A stretch of DNA of 63,230 nt, filler included, from an uncultured Methanosarcinales archaeon (GTDB lineage Archaea; Nanobdellota; Nanobdellia; Woesearchaeales; CAYXTQ01), in assembly GCA_964608065.1 (NCBI GenBank). It is 22 parts of 22 records of this genome, joined end to end, with 100 filler letters (N's around TTAATTAATTAA, not from the genome) between each part and the next. Parts side by side here need not be neighbours in the genome. Positions count along the whole stretch, not along the records: positions 7,381 to 10,856 come from CAZSMA010000106.1; positions 10,957 to 14,226 come from CAZSMA010000108.1; positions 14,327 to 17,547 come from CAZSMA010000109.1; positions 17,648 to 20,663 come from CAZSMA010000110.1; 18 more parts are not named here. One strand, 5' to 3'. Of this stretch, positions 9,768 to 20,763 are shown in pieces; positions within the stretch are counted from its first letter, which is position 1; each line of letters begins with the position of its first letter. The notes under the pieces are model-generated. The model searched no databases. It was given only the letters and a program-made list of their open reading frames with translations, and had not been told where the DNA came from. The position numbers were made by a program, and so were the translations under genes.

Positions 9768-10757
9768 TTAAGGAATAGGAACTCTTGAAAGTACTTCTTT
9801 AATTACATCCTCTGGTTTTATACCTTCTGCCTGCCCCTCATAATTAAGAATAAGCCTATGCCTTAAAACATCTACTGCAACTTTTTTTACATGGTGCGGT
9901 GTGACAAACAACTCCCCTCTGAGTAAAGCCTCTGCTTTTGAAGCAATAAACAAACCAATAGACGCTCTTGGAGAGCCGCCATATTCTACATATTTACCAA
10001 GTTTTACTTTATATTTCTCAGGATTTCTTGTACAATCAACCAATCTAACTAGATATTTTTCAATTTTGTTGTCTAGATATATCTTACCGACATCATTCTG
10101 TAAATTTATAATATCTTGCGGTGTTATAATTGGCTTAATCTTATACTCATCAAATCTTTTCAAAGTAATATTCTTCTTAAGAACCTGCTGCTCTTCTTCA
10201 ATACCAGGGTAACCTACATTTAATTTAAACAAAAATCTGTCTACCTGCGCTTCTGGCAAAGAATATGTTCCTAAACTCTCGATAGGATTCTGTGTAGCTA
10301 ATACAAAAAAAGGATGCGGCAAAGGAAAAGTCTCTTTACCAATTGTAACCTGTTTCTCCTGCATGCCTTCTAACAAAGCAGACTGTACTTTTGGAGGCGC
10401 CCTGTTGATTTCGTCTGCCAGGATAAAATTATTAAATATAGGACCTTTTATAGTGAAAAACCCTTTTTTCTCTTCATAAGCTGTTATCCCTATAATATCT
10501 GTTGGAAGCAAATCTGGTGTAAATTGAATTCTGCTAAAACTGCACTTTGTTACTGTTGACAATGTCCTTACCATAAGTGTCTTAGCAATACCTGGAACAC
10601 CTTCTAAGAGAACATGGCCATTGCCGATTATAGCCCTCAATAAACCTTCAATAACAGCCTCCTGGCCAACAACAATTTTAGAAACCTCACTCTTTACACT
10701 ATCAATTAGATTCTTATATCCTTTTACTTTTTTTTTTAAACTACCCTTATCAAGCAT
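9768..10757 (-). CDS. moxR: MoxR family AAA+ ATPase
   Basis: GHVLLEGVPGIAKT, RIQFTPDLLPTDI, LADEINRAPPKVQSALLE, ATQNPIE, LPEAQVDRF. Confidence 0.95.
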   Translation of the reverse strand: MLDKGSLKKKVKGYKNLIDSVKSEVSKIVVGQEAVIEGLLRAIIGNGHVLLEGVPGIAKTLMVRTLSTVTKCSFSRIQFTPDLLPTDIIGITAYEEKKGFFTIKGPIFNNFILADEINRAPPKVQSALLEGMQEKQVTIGKETFPLPHPFFVLATQNPIESLGTYSLPEAQVDRFLFKLNVGYPGIEEEQQVLKKNITLKRFDEYKIKPIITPQDIINLQNDVGKIYLDNKIEKYLVRLVDCTRNPEKYKVKLGKYVEYGGSPRASIGLFIASKAEALLRGELFVTPHHVKKVAVDVLRHRLILNYEGQAEGIKPEDVIKEVLSRVPIP

Positions 10758-10958
10758 TATATAAAATTTAGTCTTTCTTATATTTATATTTTGTTATTTT
10801 ACTCAAAAATAGTAATAAAAACTAGATAAATTTATATATCTAAATAAATTTAACCCNNNNNNNNNNNNNNNNNNNNNNNNNNNNNNNNNNNNNNNNNNNN
10901 TTAATTAATTAANNNNNNNNNNNNNNNNNNNNNNNNNNNNNNNNNNNNNNNNNNNNTG

Positions 10959-11831
10959 GCTGAGAAAGGTTCTATAGATGTGTTTTTTTGCCCTAAGGAT
11001 GATTGCTCTAAAGAATTAGAGAATTTTATTAATTCTGCAGAGAAAAGTGTTCATTGCGCTTTGTTTGATCTAAGGCTGCAGAATATTGTAAAATCATTAG
11101 GAAGGAAGAGCCATGAAGTTGATGTTAAGATTGTTGTTGATAACAATAATTATGGTTATATTAAGGGTGGTGGAGTTAAGAAGGATGATAATAATCAGCT
11201 TAGTCACAATAAGTTTTGTGTTGTAGATGGTAAAAAAGTCAGTACAGGCAGTTTTAATCCAACTGAAAGGGGTGCTTTTAAGAACAATAATAATTTATTG
11301 ATTATTGAATCTGAATATTTATCTGAGAATTATGAAGATGAGTTTAGTGAGCTATGGGCTCTTAGATTTAGCAGAGGGGAAAAGGTCAAGAATGAGGAAG
11401 TTTATGTTAATAATATTAAGTTTAAGAATTACTTTTGTCCTGAAGATAACTGCAAGGATAAGGTTATTAAAGAATTGAATAAAGCCGAAGAAAGCATTTA
11501 TTTTATGACTTTTAGTTTTACAGATGAGGATGTTGCAGATGCTATATTGTTTTCTGATGTTAAAGATATTAAAGGTGTTTTTGAGAAGGTTCAGGCTGCA
11601 AGCCAGTATTCACAGTACAAAAGGCTTAAAGAGTTTGGTTTAGATGTTAAGATTGATAGTAATCCTTATAATATGCACCACAAGGTGTTTATCATTGATG
11701 AAGAGATTGTGATTACAGGCAGTTATAATCCAACTGGCGCTGGAAATTTCAAGAATGATGAGAATTTGTTGATAATATATGATGAAGAGATTGCTGGAAA
11801 GTTTGTTGAAGAGTTTAATAGTTTGTTGTAA
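10959..11831 (+). CDS. Phospholipase D/nuclease-like protein with two HKD motifs, 5' partial
   Basis: HNKFCVVD...TGSFN and HHKVFIID...TGSYN. Confidence 0.9.
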   Translation, partial: AEKGSIDVFFCPKDDCSKELENFINSAEKSVHCALFDLRLQNIVKSLGRKSHEVDVKIVVDNNNYGYIKGGGVKKDDNNQLSHNKFCVVDGKKVSTGSFNPTERGAFKNNNNLLIIESEYLSENYEDEFSELWALRFSRGEKVKNEEVYVNNIKFKNYFCPEDNCKDKVIKELNKAEESIYFMTFSFTDEDVADAILFSDVKDIKGVFEKVQAASQYSQYKRLKEFGLDVKIDSNPYNMHHKVFIIDEEIVITGSYNPTGAGNFKNDENLLIIYDEEIAGKFVEEFNSLL

Positions 11832-11873
11832 AACAAAAAAACATTTAAATAAGTTCTATAAAACTATATTATA

Positions 11874-12092
11874 ATGGAAAAAATCAATAAATTAACATTG
11901 GTTTTGTTTTTAATAGCTGTTGTTTTAGTTATTAGCGGATTTGTTCTGCACTTTTACTATGGGCCTGTTACATTGAAATATGCTTTAATTGGCGGACTTA
12001 TGTTTTTTTTAGGTATATTAATATTTGTTATTTTGATAGTATTTTCCCTGGTTTGTAAAATAAAGACACATATAAAAAGAAAAAAGATTTAA
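11874..12092 (+). CDS. Small two-TM membrane protein
   Basis: Two hydrophobic segments; TATA-like box upstream. Confidence 0.6.
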   Translation: MEKINKLTLVLFLIAVVLVISGFVLHFYYGPVTLKYALIGGLMFFLGILIFVILIVFSLVCKIKTHIKRKKI

Positions 12093-12120
12093 ATAACCTC
12101 TATAATCTATTATTCTGAAG

Positions 12121-13227
12121 ATGTCTTTGAAATTCATAGAAATAAAAATAGATAAGAAGATAATGCAGTCATATCTAGAAAGAAAGTTTAAGGACAAGGT
12201 TGAGATTCTAGAGTATAAGAAATTAGGAACTGGATGGCATGGTACTGGTTATTCTATAAAGTTTAAGGTTAAAGGTAAGGAAAATAGGGTTGTACTGAGG
12301 ACATTAAGGCCAGAAGGGTTTAGTCATGATTATTTCTCTGACAGAGCTGCTTCGTTTATTATGCAGCATGAGTTGAGCAATAGTGTAAAGAATCATATTA
12401 AAAGCATAGATGTAGGAGGGTATACTCCAAAAGGTGATCTTGTTTCTATTGGAGACTGTAAAGAGTTTTTTCAGATTGTAGAATTTGTTGAAGGCAAGGA
12501 ATATGTTAAGGATTTACTTGAGATAATGAAAAGAGGCTCTATTACTCAAGAGGATAAAGATAAGGCTTTGATGCTTAGCGATTATTTGGTTGAATTGCAT
12601 AAGGAGAAATATGATCCTGATGTTAAGGAAGATGAAAAAAAAGCATTAGCTAGTTCAATTTATAGAAGGCATCTTAGGGATTGTGTTGGACATGGGGAGA
12701 TGCTGATGGGTGTTATTGATACATATCCTGATGATTTGAAATGGACTGATAGAAAAGAGTTTGCAAGCATTATTGGGAAGGCAGCTGAGTTGAGGGAAGA
12801 ACTGAAAGATGATTTTGGAAGATTATGTAAGATACATGGTGATTTTCATCCAGCTAATATAATTTTTAAAGATGGCAAGATTATAGTGTTAGATGCTTCA
12901 AGAGAGTTTTTTGGAGATCCTACTGATGATTTTATAACAATGGGTTTAAATTATATATGGTCTGCTTTGCAGCATAAAGGTGATTTTTCAGGGCCATTCA
13001 AAGAGTTGTTTGATATTTACTGGAACAATTATATGAAGAAGATTAAGGATGAGAAGATTAAGAAGATTGCTCCAATATTTATTGCTTTTAGATATGTTGT
13101 GATGGCGCATCCTATATTTTTTGATTTTCAAAGTGATGAAGTTAGAAGGAAGTTGTTCAATATGATTAATAATACTTTAGAAGCTAAGGAGTTTAATCCT
13201 GAAGAGGTTAATGAGTACATAAAATGA
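12121..13227 (+). CDS. APH/choline-kinase-like phosphotransferase
   Basis: Gly-rich loop LGTGWHG; Brenner motif HGDFHPANI; LDASR. Confidence 0.85.
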   Translation: MSLKFIEIKIDKKIMQSYLERKFKDKVEILEYKKLGTGWHGTGYSIKFKVKGKENRVVLRTLRPEGFSHDYFSDRAASFIMQHELSNSVKNHIKSIDVGGYTPKGDLVSIGDCKEFFQIVEFVEGKEYVKDLLEIMKRGSITQEDKDKALMLSDYLVELHKEKYDPDVKEDEKKALASSIYRRHLRDCVGHGEMLMGVIDTYPDDLKWTDRKEFASIIGKAAELREELKDDFGRLCKIHGDFHPANIIFKDGKIIVLDASREFFGDPTDDFITMGLNYIWSALQHKGDFSGPFKELFDIYWNNYMKKIKDEKIKKIAPIFIAFRYVVMAHPIFFDFQSDEVRRKLFNMINNTLEAKEFNPEEVNEYIK

Positions 13228-13745
13228 AAATGACAATAGCTGTTTGGATTACTGGATTGCCTGGAAGTGGAAAGTCAAGAGTAGCTAAAGAGCTGAATAA
13301 AAAGCTTAAAGCTTATATTCTTAGATTAGATGAGATAAGGCAGATAATAACTCCAAAGCCTAGTTATTCTAAAGAAGAAAGGGAATATGTGTACAGAACA
13401 TTGGCTTATATGGCTCATGTTTTAGCACAGAATAAAGTTAATGTTATAGTTGATGCTACTGATAATACAGGAATAGGTAGAGAGACTTTGAAGAAATTGA
13501 TGAAGGAGGTTTTTGTTGTTCAGCTGAAGTGTCCTACTGAGATTTGCGCTGAAAGAGAGAGGGATAGGAAGGATAAAGCTGGGATAAAGGATTTGTATAA
13601 AATGGCTAAGAATGGGATGAAAATTCCAGGATTAGGCCAGGATTATGTTTATGAGAAAAATCCTTTAATAGTTATCGAGACTGATAAAATTAATTCAGAT
13701 TTGGCTGGTTCTGTAATATATGGGAAGATTAAAACTATTCTTTAA
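13224..13745 (+). CDS. APS-kinase/AAA_33-like P-loop kinase
   Basis: WITGLPGSGKS, LDEIR, VIVDAT; ATGA-coupled to the upstream kinase. Confidence 0.85.
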   Translation: MKMTIAVWITGLPGSGKSRVAKELNKKLKAYILRLDEIRQIITPKPSYSKEEREYVYRTLAYMAHVLAQNKVNVIVDATDNTGIGRETLKKLMKEVFVVQLKCPTEICAERERDRKDKAGIKDLYKMAKNGMKIPGLGQDYVYEKNPLIVIETDKINSDLAGSVIYGKIKTIL

Positions 13746-14151
13746 TGTTTGTTGTGACTACCATTGTCAATGTTTCTTTTATAGCTGCGTCTTTTCTAAA
13801 CCCTATAACAAAATCATTGAATTCCTCTACGTCTTTGAACTTTAATTTAATTATTAAATCGTATTCACCAGTTATTCCAAAGACTTCTTTAATGTGTTTG
13901 TTTGATAAGAAGTTTTCATCTAAATCTTTTTTTGTGTTAATAAGCATAAAAACAATAAAGTTTTCTCCGATTGCTTTATTGTTTAATTTTAATGTGAATT
14001 TTTCAATGATATTTTCTTTTTTTAATATCTTGATTCTTTGATGTACTGTAGATGGTCTTAGGTTGGTTTTTTTAGCTAAATCTCTAATGCTAATTCTAGA
14101 ATTATCTCTTAAAACTTCTATTATTTTATGGTCTTTTTCATCTAGTTTCAT
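13735..14151 (-). CDS. Lrp/AsnC transcriptional regulator
   Basis: LDEKDHKII..L..NSR.SIRDLAK HTH; ITGEYDLI. Confidence 0.9.
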   Translation of the reverse strand: MKLDEKDHKIIEVLRDNSRISIRDLAKKTNLRPSTVHQRIKILKKENIIEKFTLKLNNKAIGENFIVFMLINTKKDLDENFLSNKHIKEVFGITGEYDLIIKLKFKDVEEFNDFVIGFRKDAAIKETLTMVVTTNIKE

Positions 14152-14326
14152 TCTATTGTTTTGAAATGAAATAAAATATTTTTAAAAAAAAAAAAAAAAA
14201 AAAGCTCCCTGATCCTACTAGAACGANNNNNNNNNNNNNNNNNNNNNNNNNNNNNNNNNNNNNNNNNNNNTTAATTAATTAANNNNNNNNNNNNNNNNNN
14301 NNNNNNNNNNNNNNNNNNNNNNNNNN

Positions 14327-17300
14327 AAGTTTGCTTTTGTCGGATGTTTAGGAAGCTGGGTTGTCTGGTTAGTTTACAAGTTTAAAGAATGGACTTCTTG
14401 CAAAGCTGGAGCTGTTTTAGAAGGATTCAGTCCAAATACATGTGACCCTAATGAAGAAAGTGATAAAGGAGAAGACTGCGCATCCTGCTTAAAAGCAAAA
14501 GGCGAAACAATCAAAGCATGGGAAAAAATAGGATGGTTATGTGACAGAGTAATGTGTCCTGCTGCTCCAACAATACAAAAATATGTAAGAGATGTTAAAA
14601 GCGATGATAAAAGACAAGACAAATTAGGAGTTATAGATTACTTAAAGGAAAGAAGTCATTGTGAAGAACAGGATATTGCTGATATAAAATGGGATACTAA
14701 AAAGAATGATGATATTGATAAATACTATAGAGATGTTGATTATTATGAACTTGAAGTAAGGAATGTTGATAAAGGTGTAAGTGGAAGTCCAGATGAAACA
14801 TACTGTGAATCTGAATATATAAAGAATTATGACTCTGTCGCAATATTTATGGATGAGTTTAAGGAAAGTTATTGCCTTGCTAAACCTACAAAACAAGAGC
14901 AGGAATTAGATGGAATAAACTGTGGCGGTGTTGAATCTGCAACAAGAGCTGTAAGGGGTGTTTGTGAAGCTAATGAAGACGAGCCAAGATTGATTTCAAG
15001 TGAAGGAAGTACTTATTTGATAAGAAAAGATGAGACAAGAAACATAAGAGCTGCTTATGAAATTACTAAAAAAGAAGATATTAGTCTGGAACAAGTTAAT
15101 GATAATTATTATAAGATAGATCAATCAGATTACTTATTAAGAGCATTAGGGCTTGGTGAAGATTACAAAGGAAAAGAAATATTTGTAAAACCAGAGAAAA
15201 AAATTATGGATGAAAGCCATTGCTATATTGTTGATGGTAGTTATAATGCGAATGCTAAAGAAAACAAAAACAGAGAATATATTGAATATGATGATCTATT
15301 AGATTACAAAGCAAGAAAAGATATTGGAGTAGATGATGAATTTGGAAGAGCAAAGAATGATAAATGGTATATGGGTAACTTTAAACCGCAAGTTTGCGGA
15401 AGAGGTAAGGAAACTTTTAATTTTGGCAGCTTTTCTGAAGGAGATATTGTTAATACAGGTAGTTTGAATTACACAAGAAAAAATGATGTTTGGGAATTAA
15501 TTGATGATGCCAGCAAAAAAGAAACATTAAACAATGAGGATTTAAAAAAACTGCTAATAGAGAAAGATGGAATTCTAACCAGAAACGGAATTAAACATGG
15601 TTATGATAATAATAAGTTTGAAACTTCTGAAGATTGCACTAGTATTCCAAGAGCTGTATGGGAAGAAGTTTGCGGAGATGATGCAAAAGACTATGCTATA
15701 GACCCAACTGGAGATATAGTAAGTTCATTCCAAAGCGGTTGTTTGACTGGAATGAGTTCTTATATGACACAGTATAAAACAATGTTAGAGATGGTCAAGC
15801 ATTGTTTTGAGCAGTTATTATTAACTGGAGAAGGAAGCAGCGGTGTCTGCAAGCAGTTCTTGAGTATATATTTGTGTGATTTAATATATTATGCAATAAA
15901 ATGCGTAGTTGAAAAAACTGGCAGAGGTTATGGAGATAAGCCACAAATAGGAAATGGTGTTTTTGGATTCCTGAATTATATGAAAGATGGTGGAGCTAAT
16001 ATTCAAAATTCAATTAAAGGAAGGTATGGAACCTCTGCTGTATACAAAACAATGTTTGTAGAGCAAAAGTTAATACATTCATTCTGTGCATTGGCATTTA
16101 CTGGAGATTTTGATCTGGATTTAAATGCTATGGTTGAAGCGCAGATTGCAGCTCCAATCAAGACAATGTGTTATATTAATGGTGATAGAAGGTTTGCTTA
16201 TGCTGACCCACAGACAGGAAGGGCAACATTCCTTTATAATTTAGGAGTTTTTGTTGTTAGCGGAGGTAGTGCTGGTGATTTAATCACAAGCCAGAGCGCT
16301 AATGTAAGAACAACCTCATCAAACAGTTTAACAACTCCTTTGATAAAACCAATAAGATACAGAGTGCAGTTAGTCTGCTCTAATGAAAATAGCTGTCAGA
16401 AGGATATTAGTGAAACAGGAAATTGTGATTGTGTTACATACGGTGGAGAGCAAGAAAGAAGGATGGCTCAAGGTGAAATTGCGTGGACTATTCCTGTTGG
16501 AGACGGAACTTTAGAGCAAGGTGAAACATTAAATGAAGAAGTGTTTTATGATAAGGCTATTAATTTACCTTACAGATTTGACAGGGCCAGGATATTAATC
16601 AGTTATGTTGACAACAAAGGTGTTGAGCATATTGATGAACCATGCGGAGAGACTTATCTAGACGGTGTTGGAACTAATCCTCCTGCAATGTGCAAGTTTG
16701 ATATTACAGAGGGGTTTATCTGCGAATTTGAATGGGGAGAGTTTGTTACTGCTTACTTTGATAATGTAATCATAAAAAGGAAAAGAGATGTTCCAACAGA
16801 GAGTTTAACAGAAAGAGAAGAAGTTCATATTGGAGATATAATTGAATTAGAAGGATATGTCAGGAAAGAAGGATCACAAAAAAAAATGGAAGAGCAGAAG
16901 GTTTATCTGAGGTATAAGTTAAGAGATGGTTATACTGAATTAATAGATAAATCAATTGAGATAACAAGCAGAAATACTGATTTAGAGACTGATATTGCTG
17001 GAGGACATTATGCTTTCCCAGCTATCCAAATTGATCCTGAAATCAGCGGAGTTTATAAAGAGGATGATCAAGAAGGTGTAATTAAAGTAAATCCTTTTAC
17101 AACCAGTGTCAATAGTAACTTAGCACTAGACATTAGACCAGATCATTTTAATGTTGACCCTGACATAAATATTGATAAGGCATATATGATTAATCAGATC
17201 AGGATTAGTTTTACAGAAAAAGATGGCAGATTATACTATAAAATTGAAGAGGGTTGTGAAGGTGAAAAAGAAGGCCCCTATGGTACTGGAATGGTTTGTA

Positions 17301-17547
17301 TAGCTACTCTAAGTGGTCAACATGGAGATACAACTGAAATTAGGATTACTGGAACTCCAAAAAAAGGAGAGACTTTAACAATAAGCAACACCAGAGTAAG
17401 ATCTACTCAAACTGGAGACAGAAGACATCTTTATCTAGAGATTTCATTGCATTCTGCAGATGAATATGGACAGCAGGACTTTACTCCATTAACATATAAC
17501 AGAAAACAACAGAAGCTGACATTTGATTTTTATGCTACTAAGACAGA
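14327..17547 (+). CDS. Internal fragment of a very large Cys-rich, probably extracellular protein
   Basis: Frame open across the whole contig (over 1070 codons); many paired Cys. Confidence 0.8.
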
Positions 17548-17954
17548 NNNNNNNNNNNNNNNNNNNNNNNNNNNNNNNNNNNNNNNNNNNNTTAATTAAT
17601 TAANNNNNNNNNNNNNNNNNNNNNNNNNNNNNNNNNNNNNNNNNNNNCAAACTGTCAAATAGAAAATCTAATTAAAAATAGTAACAACTGTCAAACTTGG
17701 GTAGTAAACCAAAAAAAAGAAAAGCAAAAATTCATGAACTTCCAGAAAAGCCTGCTTTAAACATTCCTTCTGAGCCTAAAAAACCAATTCTAAGGGAAAA
17801 GATGCCAAAACCTGAAATTTAAAAATAAGGAAGGTTTGTTTTTGAGTTTCTACTCTGGCAACGAGATTCAAAAAGGTTTAAAAGTTTAGATTTCTTAAAA
17901 AAGGAAGTAAAATGATCTAATTCCATACCCTAAAGGCAGGGTATCTTAAAGAAA

Positions 17955-18146
17955 ATGGTAAAAAAAATTTATAATTATATCGGAATAGGTTTTTGGTTAG
18001 GAGGTGGTGTTTATAGCTTGATAAATATGATTTTAAATCTTAAACACATTAACCAGAATAATATTTTAACCTATAATTATTTAATAACTAGAGTTGCTGT
18101 TTTTGGCTTAATTTTGAATATAATCTTAATTAAAAGAAAGTTTTAA
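17955..18146 (+). CDS. Small membrane protein
   Basis: 63 aa with two hydrophobic stretches. Confidence 0.45.
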   Translation: MVKKIYNYIGIGFWLGGGVYSLINMILNLKHINQNNILTYNYLITRVAVFGLILNIILIKRKF

Positions 18147-18203
18147 AAAGCTAAAATAGGTCGTTTAAATCAAGGGGCAGTGTTCTATCGTTTATTGAAA
18201 AAA

Positions 18204-18893
18204 ATGAGACTACCAAAAACATTCAGGATGGAGAAAGATTTGGATGGTAAGATTGAGGATTTGTTAAATTCAGAATCTTTAGATTATAATCCTCGGTTGG
18301 TTAATGCTTTGTTATATGTTGGTGAAGAGTTTTTAGAACAGGAATGGAAGAATTATGATGATTTTTATCAAAAGGGGTTAGAGTTAGTAGGAAATTTGAA
18401 ATATGGTTTGAAAGATGTGGAGGAGTTGAGTAAAAGAATAACACCTGAGCAAAACAGTCTTTTAGGAATATATCTTTCAGTCTTGATCAACAAAAAAATA
18501 ACAGAAAAAGATACTGTTACGCTTACTTTAGAAGAGGATCTTGATTGTGTAGGGATGTATTTGCGAAAAGGAACGCTAATTGTTGAAGGGAATGTGAATG
18601 ACAATACAGGATGTTACATGAAAGGTGGTGAGTTGGTTGTCAAAGGGAACGCGTATGACTACACAGGATGGTATATGGAAGGTGGTGATCTGGTGGTCAA
18701 AGGTAACGCGAATGATAATACAGGATGTTACATGAAAGGTGGCAAACTAACAATAAAAGGAGATTCAAACGACCTCATAGGACATTGGATGCAAGGCGGC
18801 AAACTGGTTGTGAATGGCAAAATAAAAAATATAAGCGAAAACTTTCAGAAAGGTATTATAATAGCAGGTGGTAGAACATTAAGGAATCGTTAA
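18204..18893 (+). CDS. Stand-alone GXGXG (GltB/FwdC-like) beta-helix repeat protein
   Basis: 19-aa repeats G.YMKGG.LVVKGNA.D.T; ATG at 18204 preferred as start. Confidence 0.8.
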   Translation: MRLPKTFRMEKDLDGKIEDLLNSESLDYNPRLVNALLYVGEEFLEQEWKNYDDFYQKGLELVGNLKYGLKDVEELSKRITPEQNSLLGIYLSVLINKKITEKDTVTLTLEEDLDCVGMYLRKGTLIVEGNVNDNTGCYMKGGELVVKGNAYDYTGWYMEGGDLVVKGNANDNTGCYMKGGKLTIKGDSNDLIGHWMQGGKLVVNGKIKNISENFQKGIIIAGGRTLRNR

Positions 18894-19073
18894 AGAATAA
18901 AACTACCACAAATATATCATATTTCACTTAAAACCTTCTTTTCTTATAACAAAAAAACATATACTCTAATATGTATGTTATTATTCCAGTAAGGTGGTAT
19001 CCTAAATGGCATCCTTTTTCACATCTTTTTTCTTAGCTACTGTTTCAAATAACATCTAGAATTTCTAATTGGT

Positions 19074-19274
19074 ATGCCAAGTAACAGGGAAGTAAGGATG
19101 AGAGTAACGAGAAACCAGTTAGAGAGGATTAAACTGAATGCACAGGCAAAAGGTTTCAAAACTGTCTCAGGTTACATCAGGCATCTCTGCTTGGAACATA
19201 ATGATCATATTAAGTCTAAAATATTGGAAACCCATCAAATAGTGAAAGAATTTTCGGAAAATTACCGACGGTAG
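19074..19274 (+). CDS. Ribbon-helix-helix-like DNA-binding protein
   Basis: VRMRVT...ERIKLNAQAKGFKTVSGYIR pattern. Confidence 0.65.
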   Translation: MPSNREVRMRVTRNQLERIKLNAQAKGFKTVSGYIRHLCLEHNDHIKSKILETHQIVKEFSENYRR

Positions 19275-19456
19275 TCTTGATTACATAAATCTTTAAATAT
19301 TTGTTTCACCTATTAACATTGGAAACAGCTAAAAAGTGTAGAGGTTTAAACTAGTTGTCTTTTGCCCGCCTGGGGCTTATTTTTTCTTATTATTCTATTT
19401 AGCATAAGTTTATAAATGGTCTAAAATAGGTTAAATAGTTAAATAACTAGAAAAAC

Positions 19457-19840
19457 ATGAAAAACTTTGATAGAAGTAATAGAAACCGATCTGACCGAAG
19501 AGGTTCTGATAGAAGAGACTCTCGGGATTCTGACAGAGGAGATTCTGACAGAAGAAGTTTTGGAAGATCTGATAGAAGAGGCGCTCATGGGTCTAACAGA
19601 AGAGATTCAGGAAGAGGTTTTGGAAGATCAAGAGAACCTCTAACAATGCATAAAGCAATATGTGACGAATGTAAACAGAATTGTGAAGTTCCATTTAAGC
19701 CTACATCAAGCAAGCCTATTTACTGCAGTGACTGCTTTAAGAAAAAGGCTGGATCCGGAAGATCTGGGCAAAATGAAGAAGCATTTGTTCAAATAAACGA
19801 AAAACTTGATAAGATACTAGAAGCGTTAGAAGTTAAGTAA
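19457..19840 (+). CDS. CxxC-x17-CxxC zinc-ribbon protein with R/D/S-rich N-terminus
   Basis: MHKAICDECKQNCEVPFKPTSSKPIYCSDCF; INEKLDKIL tail. Confidence 0.9.
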   Translation: MKNFDRSNRNRSDRRGSDRRDSRDSDRGDSDRRSFGRSDRRGAHGSNRRDSGRGFGRSREPLTMHKAICDECKQNCEVPFKPTSSKPIYCSDCFKKKAGSGRSGQNEEAFVQINEKLDKILEALEVK

Positions 19841-19854
19841 TTTTATTTTTAATT

Positions 19855-20052
19855 CTATTCTTTTTTATGCATATCTACAACCAACTTACCGCCAACACCT
19901 ACATTTTCAGTAGAGTTTTCTTTAATTACTACAACATACACTTGTCTTGGCAGCTTGTAAGCTTTTTCAACAGAATCTGTTATCTCTTTGACTAAGGTTC
20001 TTTTTACTTCAATATCTTCAATCTTTGGTCCATCTATTACTACATTAGGCAT
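19855..20052 (-). CDS. dmpI: 4-oxalocrotonate tautomerase family protein
   Basis: N-terminal Pro; KRTLVKEITD; ENVGVGGKL. Confidence 0.9.
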   Translation of the reverse strand: MPNVVIDGPKIEDIEVKRTLVKEITDSVEKAYKLPRQVYVVVIKENSTENVGVGGKLVVDMHKKE

Positions 20053-20165
20053 TTTATCACCATCCGTATTTTTTTACAGGATTTTAACTTTAAAAAACTT
20101 CTTACCATATGCTCATTTTTTCAAACAAAACCCTTATATAACAAACATATAATAATCCTATCAGA

Positions 20166-20465
20166 ATGAAAAATAAAATGACACTTGCATTAGAAAAAGT
20201 GTTGGAAATGTCTTTTCAGGATTATTGTGATGAGAATGGAGTGTCTAAATCAGATTATAATATTAAAAATCTGAGTTATGGTTTGACTTTTCATTTTAGT
20301 GGGGGAAACCATTTAAATGTAGGTAATTATAAAGTCGATCCGAAGGAAGAAATAGCAAATCTAGCCCCTCAAGGTACAGAGGTTATAGTTCATTTTCGAA
20401 TCGAACACTATGGTCTAAAGGATTTAGAAGCTTATGGTACTGCTTTGATTCCTAAGAAGAAATAA
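20166..20465 (+). CDS. Hypothetical protein
   Basis: 99-aa ORF with upstream TATA; ends YGTALIPK. Confidence 0.6.
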   Translation: MKNKMTLALEKVLEMSFQDYCDENGVSKSDYNIKNLSYGLTFHFSGGNHLNVGNYKVDPKEEIANLAPQGTEVIVHFRIEHYGLKDLEAYGTALIPKKK

Positions 20466-20763
20466 TTCTGGATATTTAATTTTACTTCTTTAAAGTAGTT
20501 ACAAATAGAAAGATTTATATATGAATTTTACAAGCCATTTTACAGTTATTAGGGCTGAAAATGGGCAAGATTCATACTAAGTATCACGAAAAGGGCTATC
20601 CACCGGAATTTAAATCCCTAACTCATGAAATCAAAGAGGGTGGTGCGCTTGAAATTAAGGTTANNNNNNNNNNNNNNNNNNNNNNNNNNNNNNNNNNNNN
20701 NNNNNNNTTAATTAATTAANNNNNNNNNNNNNNNNNNNNNNNNNNNNNNNNNNNNNNNNNNNN

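Noticed and set aside
13224..13745. Calling this gene cysC
   Set aside because: No sulfate-assimilation context, and coupling to an APH-like kinase suggests another role
14184..14226. Long A-run plus a GC-richer 24-nt tail that might be the 3' end of an RNA gene on the minus strand
   Set aside because: Too short and cut by the contig end; no RNA family recognised
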